From the NCBI GenBank assembly GCA_964489445.1, contig CAZAYU010000001.1, forward strand, positions 375,968 to 439,967: a DNA stretch of 64,000 nucleotides, given 5' to 3'. Of this stretch, positions 40,054-51,647 are shown piece after piece. Within the stretch, counting starts at the first letter, position 1, and the number at the start of each line of letters is the position of its first letter. A program made the position numbers and the translations under genes. The notes beneath the pieces were generated by a model that did not search any database, was not told where the DNA came from, and saw only the letters and a program-made list of their open reading frames with translations. This stretch comes from an uncultured Planctomycetia bacterium (lineage in GTDB: Bacteria; Omnitrophota; Gorgyraeia; Duberdicusellales; 4484-171).

Positions 40054-40565
40054 TGCTTCAATACTCTTTTAAATTCATTAACTTTTTTATTCTTTTTCCC
40101 AAAAATAGCACTATTTGCCTCTAAATTCATAACACACCCTTTTAATGTGATTTTTAATAATTCACATCCGATCCAAAAATCACTAATTATGTTCTTTTTT
40201 ATGGCAGATTCAATCTTTTTCGCAAGTAAATATTCTTCAATACACTTCTGAGCGATATCTAAGACAATTTTTTCACTTTTTTCCAATAGCCTTTCTTTCT
40301 TTTTTCCTTTCTCTTGCAATATCTGCTTAAAAATCTCACCGTCAAGATCAATGTAGGCAGATACCTTATTTCTTGTATTTTTCAATGTTGCCAAATGCAC
40401 TTTTAAACTTTTCTGACTGGCAACTGAATAGTTAATCGCTTTTTCAATAAGCGCAGTCCCCAAACAAAACAATAAGCTTATCGCACTTCCCCCCCCAGGG
40501 GCTGGCTCTTTCTTCCCTAGGTCTTTTAAGTACTTTTTAAAACTACTAGCGTAATTATTCATCAA
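40044..40565 (-). CDS. Cyclodeaminase/cyclohydrolase family protein (FTCD C-terminal-like)
   Basis: PAPGGGSA motif typical of formimidoyl-THF cyclodeaminase / methenyl-THF cyclohydrolase. Adjacent to folD. Confidence 0.6.
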   Translation of the reverse strand: MMNNYASSFKKYLKDLGKKEPAPGGGSAISLLFCLGTALIEKAINYSVASQKSLKVHLATLKNTRNKVSAYIDLDGEIFKQILQEKGKKKERLLEKSEKIVLDIAQKCIEEYLLAKKIESAIKKNIISDFWIGCELLKITLKGCVMNLEANSAIFGKKNKKVNEFKRVLKQWQ

Positions 40566-40620
40566 TTATTACAACCTAATTATGCTTTTTTAGCGTTATC
40601 TTTCATTAACTAAACGATAA

Positions 40621-41190
40621 CTATTTAAAATCCATAGAACAGGGACTAAAGCTTTTACGATGCAACGGCGTAATCTTACATTTTTTTAATAATGAAAAAT
40701 GATTAAGCGTGGGGTAGCCCTTATGCTGCTTAAACTTCCAACGGGGATATAAAAAATCTGCCGCATTCATAAAATAATCTCTGGTAACTTTAGCAATAAT
40801 TGATGCACAAGCTACCTCTTTTATCTTTTCGTCAGCTTTTTTTATGCACCTATATTTTATTTTTAACTCTGTGCGAAAAATATTACCATCAACAATAAAC
40901 TCCGCTTTTCTGAAAAAAGGAAATTTCGTCATCGCTGTGTCAATTGCCCGTTCAAAAGCTAAAAATGTAGCATTTAAAATATTTAGTTTATCAATTTCTC
41001 GAACAGAAGCTACACCTACAGAAAATTGTGCATTATCCATAAGCCACATGAATACTTCTTCCCTCTTTCCTTGAGAAAGTGCTTTAGAATCCTTAACCTT
41101 AAATGGAAATCCTCCATTAAGTCCTAATGCACACGCTACTACTGGCCCGGCTAGGGGCCCTCTCCCCGCTTCATCAATCCCAACAATCAT
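40621..41190 (-). CDS. rnhB: Ribonuclease HII
   Basis: MIVGIDEAGRGPLAGPVV N-terminus. Confidence 0.9.
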   Translation of the reverse strand: MIVGIDEAGRGPLAGPVVACALGLNGGFPFKVKDSKALSQGKREEVFMWLMDNAQFSVGVASVREIDKLNILNATFLAFERAIDTAMTKFPFFRKAEFIVDGNIFRTELKIKYRCIKKADEKIKEVACASIIAKVTRDYFMNAADFLYPRWKFKQHKGYPTLNHFSLLKKCKITPLHRKSFSPCSMDFK

Positions 41191-41207
41191 TTACACTCTC
41201 TACAAAC

Positions 41208-41555
41208 TTACGCCGCAGTCGCCTTTTTGCCTACTCTTCCTCGGAGATAATATAATCTCTTCCGTCGCGGACGCCTTTTGCTTTTTTTCGTCACATTGAT
41301 CTTTTCAATATTCGGAGAATAATAAGGAAACGTTACCTCATAAGCTTCGCCGTAAGCTATTCTTCGCAAAGTGAACGACTTCCTGTGCATTGCTCCTTGA
41401 ATCTTGATTACAATTCCTTCTACTGGATGTAATCTTGTTTTTTCTTTTTCCCGGATCTTATAAAAAACCTTAATAATATCTCCGGAAGAAAATTCAGGAT
41501 AGTCTCTTTTTAGAGATTCCAGCATTTCCTTTTCAACCATTAAAAGCTTATCCAT
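41208..41555 (-). CDS. rplS: 50S ribosomal protein L19
   Basis: L19 family similarity; position after trmD as in most bacteria. Confidence 0.9.
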   Translation of the reverse strand: MDKLLMVEKEMLESLKRDYPEFSSGDIIKVFYKIREKEKTRLHPVEGIVIKIQGAMHRKSFTLRRIAYGEAYEVTFPYYSPNIEKINVTKKSKRRPRRKRLYYLRGRVGKKATAA

Positions 41556-41638
41556 TTATCCACCTCCATATTTTGCAACACAATAAAGAATACAGTTCGC
41601 TGTCCAATCTTTATGGACTTTCTCTTCTTAACCTCAAC

Positions 41639-42361
41639 CTAAACCTTATCCTTTTCTTCCTTTATCTTCTCTATCAAATCCGGCCTTCTTTTTTTTGTTA
41701 TTTCCTGCGCCTGTTTTTTGCGCCAAGCATCTATTTCTTTGTGGTTTCCGGAAAGTAATACTTCCGGCACCTTAAGACCACGAAATTCTGCTGGCCTTGT
41801 ATAATGAGGAAAGTCTAGAATAGTATTTTCAAAACTCTCATTTTCAATTGATTGCTTATCAGAAACAACCCCAGGAATCAAACGAATCAAAGCATCAATA
41901 AATACCATCGCTGCTAACTCTCCACCACTTAAAATATAATCACCCAGCGAAATTTCTTCATCAACTAGATAATCAACAACACGATTATCTACTCCTTCGT
42001 AACGAGGGGCAATAAGCACTAACCTCTCATAATTTAAAAATTCTCTTATTGTTTTCTGCTTTAAGGTCTTCCCTTTCGGGCTAAACAAAATAACTCTTTC
42101 TGCTTTGTTTTCCTGCTTCTTTGGGTAGACATCTCTGTTTAAAATATTTTCTACAGCCTTAAACAAAGGTTCGGCCTTGAAAACCATTCCTCCTCCCCCA
42201 TAAGAAAGATCATCTACTTTTTTGTGCGAATCAATTACTTGATCACGTAAATTATGAATATTAATCTTAACTAGCCCTTTTTCCTGTGCTATTCTAGGAA
42301 TAGATTCGTTAAGAACGGGTGAAAACATTTCCGGAAAAATTGTAACAACATCAAGAATCAT
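41639..42361 (-). CDS. trmD: tRNA (guanine37-N1)-methyltransferase
   Basis: MILDVVTIFPEMF N-terminus; SPOUT fold. Confidence 0.95.
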   Translation of the reverse strand: MILDVVTIFPEMFSPVLNESIPRIAQEKGLVKINIHNLRDQVIDSHKKVDDLSYGGGGMVFKAEPLFKAVENILNRDVYPKKQENKAERVILFSPKGKTLKQKTIREFLNYERLVLIAPRYEGVDNRVVDYLVDEEISLGDYILSGGELAAMVFIDALIRLIPGVVSDKQSIENESFENTILDFPHYTRPAEFRGLKVPEVLLSGNHKEIDAWRKKQAQEITKKRRPDLIEKIKEEKDKV

Positions 42362-42372
42362 AATTTAATAAA

Positions 42373-43500
<1,128 letters not shown>

Positions 43501-43554
43501 TTAAAATAACCTCCCCCTTAAACAATTGTTGTATACATATCTGAGCATATAATT

Positions 43555-44580
43555 CTAAAATAATTTTTCTTCGGATAGCTCTTTGTAGGGAATATTTAAG
43601 TGACGATAAGAATTTCTAGCTGCAATTCTTCCGCGAGGGCTGCGGATAATAAATCCCTTCTTGAGCAAATAAGGCTCCACCACATCTTCTAGTGTCTGTC
43701 TGTCCTCGCCCAAAGAAGCAGTAATTGCTTCAATTCCTACTGGTCCACCAGAATAAAGTTCAATTATCACATTAAGATATTTTCTGTCTAAGTCATCTAG
43801 CCCTTGAGAATCAACTTGTATCTGCTCTAGTGCTTTGTGAGTAATTTCTAATTCAATTTTTCCCTTTGCTTTTACTTGAGCATAATCTCTTACCCGCTTA
43901 AGAAGACGATTACAAAGACGTGGCGAACCACGTGACCGAGATGCAATCTCTAAAGCACTGGGTTCATCAATACACACGTCAAGAAGTTTAGCACTTCGCT
44001 TAGCTATTAATGACAACTCTTCGGGAAGATAAAAATCAAAATCAAAAAAAATACCAAACCTTCCTCGTAAAGGAGCGCTCAACAAACCCTTCCTAGTAGT
44101 CGCACCAATAAGCGTAAATGGTTTAAGATTAAATTTAACACTCTTAGCATAAGGGCCTTTATCAATAACAAAATCTATTTGAAAAGTTTCCATTGCTGGA
44201 TAAAGAAACTCTTCAATCACCTTAGAAAGCCGATGAATTTCATCAATAAACAATACATCTCCCGCTTCCAGATTAGTTAAAATCCCCACTAAATCTCCGG
44301 CCCTCTCAATTGCTGGACCACTAGTTGCGGTAAGCCGAGAATTCATTTCCCGAGTTACACAATAGGCGAGAGAAGTTTTGCCTAACCCCGGAGGACCAGA
44401 TAAAAGAAGATGTTCTAGCGGTTCTTCTCGTTGTTTTGCAGCTGCTACAGAAATTTCTAAAGAAGAAATAACCTTTTTTTGCCCAATAAAATCTGTTATA
44501 TTCTGCGGGCGCAGAGAAAGATTAATAACCTTTTCTTCTTCACTTTCCTTTAAGTAATCCATAACCTTTTCTTCACTCAT
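43555..44580 (-). CDS. ruvB: Holliday junction branch migration helicase RuvB
   Basis: AAA+ Walker A (GPPGLGKTS) and a RuvB C-terminus. Confidence 0.95.
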   Translation of the reverse strand: MSEEKVMDYLKESEEEKVINLSLRPQNITDFIGQKKVISSLEISVAAAKQREEPLEHLLLSGPPGLGKTSLAYCVTREMNSRLTATSGPAIERAGDLVGILTNLEAGDVLFIDEIHRLSKVIEEFLYPAMETFQIDFVIDKGPYAKSVKFNLKPFTLIGATTRKGLLSAPLRGRFGIFFDFDFYLPEELSLIAKRSAKLLDVCIDEPSALEIASRSRGSPRLCNRLLKRVRDYAQVKAKGKIELEITHKALEQIQVDSQGLDDLDRKYLNVIIELYSGGPVGIEAITASLGEDRQTLEDVVEPYLLKKGFIIRSPRGRIAARNSYRHLNIPYKELSEEKLF

Positions 44581-44655
44581 TATTTTAAATATTTCAATTG
44601 GTTAATAACTCTTTTCGGCATATTTTACAATTTCGCTTTCACGTTGACACCCGGA

Positions 44656-45387
44656 TTATAAATCACTTTCTTGTGATACTGTTTCTTTATTTTCTAAATA
44701 AATACTCCGAGTAATTAAGATTTGGCCAAAAAGCTCTTCTTGGACAGCAGCGACTTCTTTCATCTTAATCAACTCTAATATTGCCAAAAAAGTAACCACT
44801 ACTTCTAATTTGCTTCTTGCCGAAGTAAACAAATCAGCTAACAGCATTTTTCCTTTTTCTAGAACAAGGTGTAGCAAATCATGGATTTTCTCTTCAACTG
44901 TAAATTCGTCTTTAGCTACTTCAAAAAATATATCTTTAGGTACTTCTTTTAACGCAGTTTTAAATGCATTGATTAAATCAAATATCGAAGCCTCGATATA
45001 AACTTCACCTTTGGAAGAATCAAATGCCGGACGATTAAAATACTTATTCCTTTCTAATTCTTTACCTCTTAAGAATTCTGCTGCTTCTTTAAACTTATCA
45101 TACTCCAAAAGCCTTCTTACTAGCTCATCCCGAGGATCTTCTTCTTCGGCTTCTGGTTCTTCTTTTTTAGGAAGAAGCATCTTAGATTTAATATTGATTA
45201 AAGTCGCAGCCATTACCAAATACTCTGAAGCTAAATTAATATCCAATAACTTCATTAACTCTAAAAATTGTAAGTACTGATCAACCACTTTAGTTATCGA
45301 TACATCCTGAACATTGAGGTGATCCTTTTTGATCAAATAGATTAATAAATCTAACGGCCCCTCAAAAATGTCTAACTTTATTTTCAT
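44656..45387 (-). CDS. scpA: Segregation and condensation protein A
   Basis: ScpA N-terminus (FEGPLDLLIYLIKK). Confidence 0.8.
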   Translation of the reverse strand: MKIKLDIFEGPLDLLIYLIKKDHLNVQDVSITKVVDQYLQFLELMKLLDINLASEYLVMAATLINIKSKMLLPKKEEPEAEEEDPRDELVRRLLEYDKFKEAAEFLRGKELERNKYFNRPAFDSSKGEVYIEASIFDLINAFKTALKEVPKDIFFEVAKDEFTVEEKIHDLLHLVLEKGKMLLADLFTSARSKLEVVVTFLAILELIKMKEVAAVQEELFGQILITRSIYLENKETVSQESDL

Positions 45388-45514
45388 TTTATTTCGTTAA
45401 AAATCTAATAGTAATCTTTATGAATTATCTGTGTTTTTATTTTTCTCCCCTTCTCTTCCATTATTTCTCATCCATTCATTCTTTCTATCCTTATAAAGTT
45501 GTTACCTCTTTTTT

Positions 45515-46816
45515 CTAAGGACCACAACAAACTGTAATCTGATAACCATGGCCACTATCCCCCGTCCTACTATCATCAAGATTACTAAAAAATCCTATTG
45601 TTTTCGGACCTTCTTTGGTTGGCGCCCAAGAAGGACAATCATGTCCCGTCCTTTTTAATACGCAGAAACCACCAGATAACTGCCCAAAATCTTTCCAACT
45701 GAATGCATCATGGTAATTGAATTTATCATCATCCGTATTATAGATAAGTGATCCTTCCGCGGGATTTGGAATCGCATCCCGTTTATTTTTAGCCATCCGA
45801 GGAGGAACAAACCCACTGGTAGTAGAAGTTATATCAAGTACTGCTTTAGGGTCTGTCGTTCCAATGCCGACATTGCCCTCTCTTTTTATGATCATTTGTG
45901 TAGTTTGAGGCTGCGCTGCAGCAGGCCATTTGGGGGTAGTCACAAAATGTAAATCTTGAAGAACTCCGATAGCAAAATCCCCCTTTTTCATATCACTGCC
46001 AAAAGCCGTATCGTATGTTCCTGTGCCCAACCAGCCACCACCATTAGAACCAGGAATACCACTACCTGAACTTTCAAACCAAAGCCCAGCTGTCTTTGCT
46101 TCTCCTCCGTCCGGCAAAGTGGTCCCGTCAGCAATAAAAACAGCTGTGTAATCAAGGCCTCCAATATTTTTTCCTATTACCTGAAGCACTGGTTCTGGTG
46201 AACCAGACCCATCCTTACTAGTAATTATTACATTTGCTCCCGGATAAGTGTTGCGAACAGAGTCTGTAGCCCGAAAATAATGCCGTTCAGCATCATAATA
46301 TATGGAATTAGACACGGAGGTACCATTTCCGTCTTTACCATATGAACCAAAAATCTCCATGTTTGTCCCGCCGTTTCCATCTGTATGACCAAAAGTTATA
46401 GTATCATTGCTTTGCCTTGCACCACTATTTCCAGAAACAAGGAGAAAGGTTCCATCAGGATTACTTGAGTTTGTATAAGAAGCACTCAATAAATAATTTG
46501 AGGCGTTTGTAGTACCGATTCCTAATCCATTAGCTATCAATGCCTGACCTCTTTTATCTAAATCAGTAGGATCAGGGGCATCATCAATATCTATATCTCC
46601 GCTGGCATTAGTATCTCCTACGCCTAAAGTTCTAGTTACTAAACGGTTATACACACCAAAAGGCGCAGGGTAATAAGTAATAATTGTAATTCTTTCTTCA
46701 GGGATGGTTGTTTGGGCAAAAGAAAAAATAGGAAACATCAAGAAAGATAAAAGCATAAACAATAAACAAAATATTAATCTTTTATTCATTATTTTTCCCT
46801 CCTTTTTTTTACACAT
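45515..46816 (-). CDS. Secreted Gly-rich repeat protein, paralog family member
   Basis: Signal peptide nearly identical to the 18563-20062 copy (KEGKIMNKRL...IFSFA). Then QTTIPEERITIITYYPAPFGVYN, GNVGIGTTDPKA, and a C-terminal LIYNTDDDKFNYHDAFSWKDFG motif with a Cys-rich tail (...VCCGP). Confidence 0.7.
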   Translation of the reverse strand: MCKKKEGKIMNKRLIFCLLFMLLSFLMFPIFSFAQTTIPEERITIITYYPAPFGVYNRLVTRTLGVGDTNASGDIDIDDAPDPTDLDKRGQALIANGLGIGTTNASNYLLSASYTNSSNPDGTFLLVSGNSGARQSNDTITFGHTDGNGGTNMEIFGSYGKDGNGTSVSNSIYYDAERHYFRATDSVRNTYPGANVIITSKDGSGSPEPVLQVIGKNIGGLDYTAVFIADGTTLPDGGEAKTAGLWFESSGSGIPGSNGGGWLGTGTYDTAFGSDMKKGDFAIGVLQDLHFVTTPKWPAAAQPQTTQMIIKREGNVGIGTTDPKAVLDITSTTSGFVPPRMAKNKRDAIPNPAEGSLIYNTDDDKFNYHDAFSWKDFGQLSGGFCVLKRTGHDCPSWAPTKEGPKTIGFFSNLDDSRTGDSGHGYQITVCCGP

Positions 46817-46822
46817 TTACAC

Positions 46823-47806
46823 CTATAATTTTATTATCTCTTTTACCTCTTTTAAAGTCTCAGCGGCAACTTTTCTTGCCTTTTTTCTACCGTCTTCAAG
46901 CACATCAAGAATATAGTTTCTATCTTTTAAAAATTGTGTTTTTTTCTGCCGATGAGAACTGACAAATTTCTCAAGAGTTTCTGCTAGAATTGTTTTACAT
47001 TCACGACAACCTTGCTTTGCAGTTTTACAAAGAGTTTTAATTTCTTTTGCACATTGACAATTAAATATTAAATGATAATTAAACACATTACATTTATCAG
47101 GGTGGCCTGGATCATTCTTAAATTTTCTTTCCGGATCAGTAAACATTGATAAAACTTTTTTCTTAAGACTTTCCGGATGTTCATCCAGGGCAATATAATT
47201 ATTATAACTTTTACTCATTTTTCTACCGTCAATTCCTAATAAACGTGCAGACACGGTAAGCATCGCTTGAGGCTCAATAAATACTTCTTTTTTATATATT
47301 GAATGAAACCGCCTTACAATCTCCCGGCATAATTCTAAATGTGGAAGCTGATCTTCTCCGACCGGAACAAAATTAGCTTTGTATAGAATAATATCTGCAC
47401 TCTGCAACGCTGGATAACCAAAAAAAGCATAAGTGTTTACATCTTTATCTTTAAGCTGTTTAACCTGCTCTTTAAATGTTGGACAACGCGAAAGCCAGCC
47501 TAAAGGAGTAATCGCTGATAAAATCATAAACAACTCTATGTGCTCCGGAACATGAGATTGAATAAAAATTACACAGTCTGAAGGATTAATTCCATAGCTT
47601 AACCAATCAGCAACATTATCAATAGAAGTTTTATTGATGTCTGAAGGATTACGATATTCACTCATAAAAGCATGCCAATTGGCCACCATAAAAAAACAAT
47701 CATGCTCTTCTTGTAACTTAATCCAATTATTTAATGCACCTACCCAATGCCCTAAGTGTAATTTTCCAGTAGGACGCATTCCGCTTAATACTATTTTTTT
47801 ATTCAT
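46823..47806 (-). CDS. trpS: Tryptophanyl-tRNA synthetase
   Basis: HIGH-like (GKLHLGH) and KMSKS motifs. Confidence 0.9.
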   Translation of the reverse strand: MNKKIVLSGMRPTGKLHLGHWVGALNNWIKLQEEHDCFFMVANWHAFMSEYRNPSDINKTSIDNVADWLSYGINPSDCVIFIQSHVPEHIELFMILSAITPLGWLSRCPTFKEQVKQLKDKDVNTYAFFGYPALQSADIILYKANFVPVGEDQLPHLELCREIVRRFHSIYKKEVFIEPQAMLTVSARLLGIDGRKMSKSYNNYIALDEHPESLKKKVLSMFTDPERKFKNDPGHPDKCNVFNYHLIFNCQCAKEIKTLCKTAKQGCRECKTILAETLEKFVSSHRQKKTQFLKDRNYILDVLEDGRKKARKVAAETLKEVKEIIKL

Positions 47807-47849
47807 TTAAATTTATTACTTGGTAATATTATACGTTCGGTCCTCATAA

Positions 47850-49805
47850 CTATTTTAAGCGCCGGATAACAGTTTCTTCATTAAAAATATCAATAATGTC
47901 TCCTGCCTTAACTCCGTCATAACCAACACTTATGCCGCATTCAAACCCCTCAATGACTTCCTTGACGTCGTCTTTAAATCTTTTCAATGTTTTTAGCTTT
48001 CCTTTAAAAACAACCTCATTGTTCCGAGAAACTTCTGCAAGAACTCCGCGCAATATTTTTCCTTTATCTACCAGACATCCAGCGATAATACCACTTTTGG
48101 AAAGCTTGAATACAGTTTTTACTTTTGCTCTTCCCACAAATATTCTTTTAACATGCGGAGTAAGTAGCCCCTCTAACGCTGCTTTTACATCATCAATTAA
48201 TTCATAAACAATTTGATAAGATCTTAGCTCGATTCCCTTTTTCTTACCTAATTCCCTTACTTGACTATTTATTGAAACCTTGAATCCAACAATAATGGAA
48301 TCAGTTACCTCTGCCAATAAAACATCGGAAGAATTAACAGAACCTACTCCTTTATGAGATATTACTAGCTCTACTTCATTAGAAGGTATTTTTCCTAAGG
48401 CTTCTTCTACCGCCTCTAAGGTTCCACCTACGTCCGCCTTTAGAATTATTTTTAGCTGTTTTAAGTTTTCTTCCTGCATTTTTTTGTTTAAATCTTCCAA
48501 CTTTAAGTGTACTATCGGAGTAATTTTTTTCTGCTTTTCTTCATCTCTCCTCTTTTGTGCAATTGCCTTTGCTTTTTTTTCATCAGGAACAACAAAAATT
48601 TGTTCTCCGGGATTAGGAAGACCATTTAAACCTAAAATTTCAGCCGGATGAGAAGGATAAATACTCTTTAGCGCGCGGCCACAATCATCATGCATTGCTT
48701 TAATTCTCCCCCAATAAAGACCACAAACACACCAGTTGCCTAATTTTAGCTCGCCCTCTTTAATCAAAACAGACACCAACGCTCCTTTACCTTTAGACAA
48801 TCTTGATTCAACAATAATTCCTACTGCCGGGCGCTTAAAATCTGCTTTTAACTCCATGACATCCGCATGAAGAGATATTAATTCCAAGAGTTCAGGAATA
48901 TTCTTGCCAGTTTTAGCAGAAACTCCGACTGTTGTCACTTTTCCACCCCAGTCTTCAGGGGCAAGATCATGTTTAGAAAGCTGCTGTTTAACCATATCTA
49001 AATCAGCATGCGGTTTATCTATCTTATTGATTGCCACAATAATTTCTACTTCAGCAGCCCTAGCATGATCTATAGCTTCTACGGTCTGCGGCTTAATTCC
49101 TTCATCTGCTGCAATTACCACAACAACAATATCGGTGATATTAGCTCCCCTAGCTCGCATAGCCGTGAAGGTTTCATGCCCAGGTGTATCTAAAAAAGTA
49201 ATGTCTCCTTTTTCTAGGCTAACACGATAAGCGCCTATATGCTGGGTTATACCGCCAGTCTCTTTTTCAACGATTTTACTGCTCCGGACATAATCAAGAA
49301 TACTAGTCTTGCCATGATCAATGTGCCCCATAAAAGTAACTATTGGCGCCCTTTTTTGTAAGTTTTTTGATTTTACTGTTAGGATTTTTTCCTCTTGAGA
49401 AAGTTTTTCTTTTAAATTAACTTTATATTCATAGGCAATTTCGGAAGCTGTTTTTTTGTCAAGATTCTGGTTAATTGTAAAAAACCTTCTTTTTTTTATA
49501 AAATCACTTAACAAAACCGATGATTTTTTATTCAGCTTTACTGCTAAATCTTTGACAGTAATCGGAAAATTAACCTCTATAACATTTTGCGCTATTTCTT
49601 TTCTGTTTAAATCTTCTAGCTCGTGCTTAATAACTTCAGCAGTTTCTTTGTCCACGCTAGACATGTGATTTTTTATAGGAAAATTTAAAGACTTTAGTTT
49701 CTTTATTAACTCTTTAGCATCTATCTTTAAATCTTTGGCTAATTCATATATTCTCATATTAAATTCCCCCTTCTCCAATAAATGGAGCTCCTTGGATTTT
49801 TTCAA
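47850..49805 (-). CDS. infB: Translation initiation factor IF-2 (short N-terminus)
   Basis: G-domain ([14 protein letters not shown]) and the IF-2 C-terminus. The likely true start is the Met at about 49757 ([10 protein letters not shown]), preceded by a gaagggggaa SD. Confidence 0.95.
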   Translation of the reverse strand: MKKSKELHLLEKGEFNMRIYELAKDLKIDAKELIKKLKSLNFPIKNHMSSVDKETAEVIKHELEDLNRKEIAQNVIEVNFPITVKDLAVKLNKKSSVLLSDFIKKRRFFTINQNLDKKTASEIAYEYKVNLKEKLSQEEKILTVKSKNLQKRAPIVTFMGHIDHGKTSILDYVRSSKIVEKETGGITQHIGAYRVSLEKGDITFLDTPGHETFTAMRARGANITDIVVVVIAADEGIKPQTVEAIDHARAAEVEIIVAINKIDKPHADLDMVKQQLSKHDLAPEDWGGKVTTVGVSAKTGKNIPELLELISLHADVMELKADFKRPAVGIIVESRLSKGKGALVSVLIKEGELKLGNWCVCGLYWGRIKAMHDDCGRALKSIYPSHPAEILGLNGLPNPGEQIFVVPDEKKAKAIAQKRRDEEKQKKITPIVHLKLEDLNKKMQEENLKQLKIILKADVGGTLEAVEEALGKIPSNEVELVISHKGVGSVNSSDVLLAEVTDSIIVGFKVSINSQVRELGKKKGIELRSYQIVYELIDDVKAALEGLLTPHVKRIFVGRAKVKTVFKLSKSGIIAGCLVDKGKILRGVLAEVSRNNEVVFKGKLKTLKRFKDDVKEVIEGFECGISVGYDGVKAGDIIDIFNEETVIRRLK

Positions 49806-49937
49806 CCCATAGTTTTAAGATACCGCGTCACAAAAAATAAATAGCATTTTGCACCTGCTTCTTGCCCTTGAGCATAAGGGTCAAAAATTCAACTCTCAAG
49901 ATATAACTTCGTCATTTTAACGTTTCATTCTATTTAA

Positions 49938-51101
49938 TTATTCGTCATTTTTTTTATTAAGACTAATGTCAGATATTACCTTCTTAGCTTCTTGGATTAT
50001 ACCCACAGCTTTTTTCTTGCCAATTCCTTTAAGCTTAGCAAGATCTCGTTCGGAAGCTTTCGCTAAAACTCCTAAATTATTATACCCCTCATCCACTAAT
50101 ACTTCTGCCGCTTTCTGCCCAACAGCTTTAAGCTTTAGTAATTCATTAACACTTTCTTTAATGCTTTCTCTTGATCGAACATCAATCGCCCAACCAACCA
50201 AGTTTGATGCTAAGCGAACGTTTTGTCCTCTTTTACCAATGGCCAAAGACAGCTGATCAGTAGCGACTAAAACCTTGGCTTTTTTGTCTTCTCTTTTTAG
50301 CTCGATCATTGAAACAACTGCAGGAGAAAGTGACGCTTTGATGAACTCTTTAATATCTTGACTCCATCTTATAATATCAATCTTTTCGCCACGTAATTCA
50401 TCAATTATATTTTTTACTCTCGATCCCCGAATCCCCACACAAGCGCCTACACAATCTATCTTTTCATCTTTAGAAACAACCGCTATCTTTGTCCGCTCCC
50501 CAGGGCTACGGGCAATTGATTTTATTTCTACTATTCCTTCGCAAATTTCCGGAACTTCTAAGTCAAATAATTTTTTTACCAACCCTTCGTGTTTGCGCGA
50601 AAGAATTATCTGTACCCCTCTATCTCTCTTAACTTCATATATAAAAGATCTAACCCTCTCGCCCAGTCTAAATCGATCTAACGGTGAGAGAAAAGATTGC
50701 GGAATAATTCCTTCAGCTTTACCCATCAAGTCAACAATAATTGCTTTTTTTTCTAAACGGTAAACTATACCACTAACAATACTGCCCTCTTTATCTTTAT
50801 ACTCACTGTAAATATTATTTTTTTCAGCCTCTCTTATTTTTTGGATAATAACCTGTCTCGCTGTTTGAGCGGCTATCCTTCCAAACTCGCTAGATAATAC
50901 CTCTTCTCCATCCACATAGATATTTATATCTCCCCGGGAAGGATCAATCTCCACCCGTATATCTTCTTCCTGCGAAGCTGTCTTTACAATTCTTTTTGCC
51001 GCAATAGCTAACGCACTCTTTACAGCATCAAGCAACACTTCCTTATCTATTCCCTTTTCCCTTTCTATCTGCGCTAATACACTTAATAACTCTTTTCCCA
51101 C
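49938..51101 (-). CDS. nusA: Transcription termination/antitermination factor NusA
   Basis: S1 plus KH domains (GERTKIAV, VGACVGIRGSRV). Confidence 0.95.
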   Translation of the reverse strand: MGKELLSVLAQIEREKGIDKEVLLDAVKSALAIAAKRIVKTASQEEDIRVEIDPSRGDINIYVDGEEVLSSEFGRIAAQTARQVIIQKIREAEKNNIYSEYKDKEGSIVSGIVYRLEKKAIIVDLMGKAEGIIPQSFLSPLDRFRLGERVRSFIYEVKRDRGVQIILSRKHEGLVKKLFDLEVPEICEGIVEIKSIARSPGERTKIAVVSKDEKIDCVGACVGIRGSRVKNIIDELRGEKIDIIRWSQDIKEFIKASLSPAVVSMIELKREDKKAKVLVATDQLSLAIGKRGQNVRLASNLVGWAIDVRSRESIKESVNELLKLKAVGQKAAEVLVDEGYNNLGVLAKASERDLAKLKGIGKKKAVGIIQEAKKVISDISLNKKNDE

Positions 51102-51115
51102 TTTCTAAACCTCCT

Positions 51116-51598
51116 TTAATTATTTTTCCGAAAATAATCGGAAAAATCAATTCGCTCTTTTCCTAATTTAACATTGCTGAGTTTTATCTTCAGCGTCTTA
51201 TCTGTTTTTTTTATGGATAAATAGTCATTGTCAACTGACTCTACTTCGCCCTCTAAATATGTCTTCCTGCAAACTGGATCAACTAGCCACAGACAAACCT
51301 TTCTTCCTATAACTCTTAAAAAATCATTTTTTGTTTTTAGCGCTCTATCCAACCCTGGAGAGCTCACTTCGACATTATAATCAGCGCCTAGGATATTACT
51401 TGTTTCCAAATAATGACCTATATTTTTATTAATTTTTACACACTCATCTACAGTTATCCCCTCAGGGAAACGATCAACGACACAATAAATAATATACTGC
51501 CCCTTCCTTTGAAAAACATTAACTTTTAATGCTTCCACCCCACCGGAGCTAACTATATTCTTTATCTTATCAAAAGCTTCCTGCTTATCCATAACCAT
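51116..51598 (-). CDS. rimP: Ribosome maturation factor RimP
   Basis: RimP family similarity; position upstream of nusA. Confidence 0.85.
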   Translation of the reverse strand: MVMDKQEAFDKIKNIVSSGGVEALKVNVFQRKGQYIIYCVVDRFPEGITVDECVKINKNIGHYLETSNILGADYNVEVSSPGLDRALKTKNDFLRVIGRKVCLWLVDPVCRKTYLEGEVESVDNDYLSIKKTDKTLKIKLSNVKLGKERIDFSDYFRKNN

Positions 51599-51647
51599 AA
51601 TCTTATATTAAGTATACTAATTATTTAGAAAATATTTTCTACTTATT

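Noticed and set aside
41611-41640. Counting the 'cttaacctcaacct' block at 41611-41631 as an independent intergenic repeat copy
   Set aside because: This block straddles the trmD stop codon, and the preceding part encodes the Lys/Glu-rich trmD C-terminus. The similarity here may be partly coding low-complexity, so it is only weak support for the repeat family.
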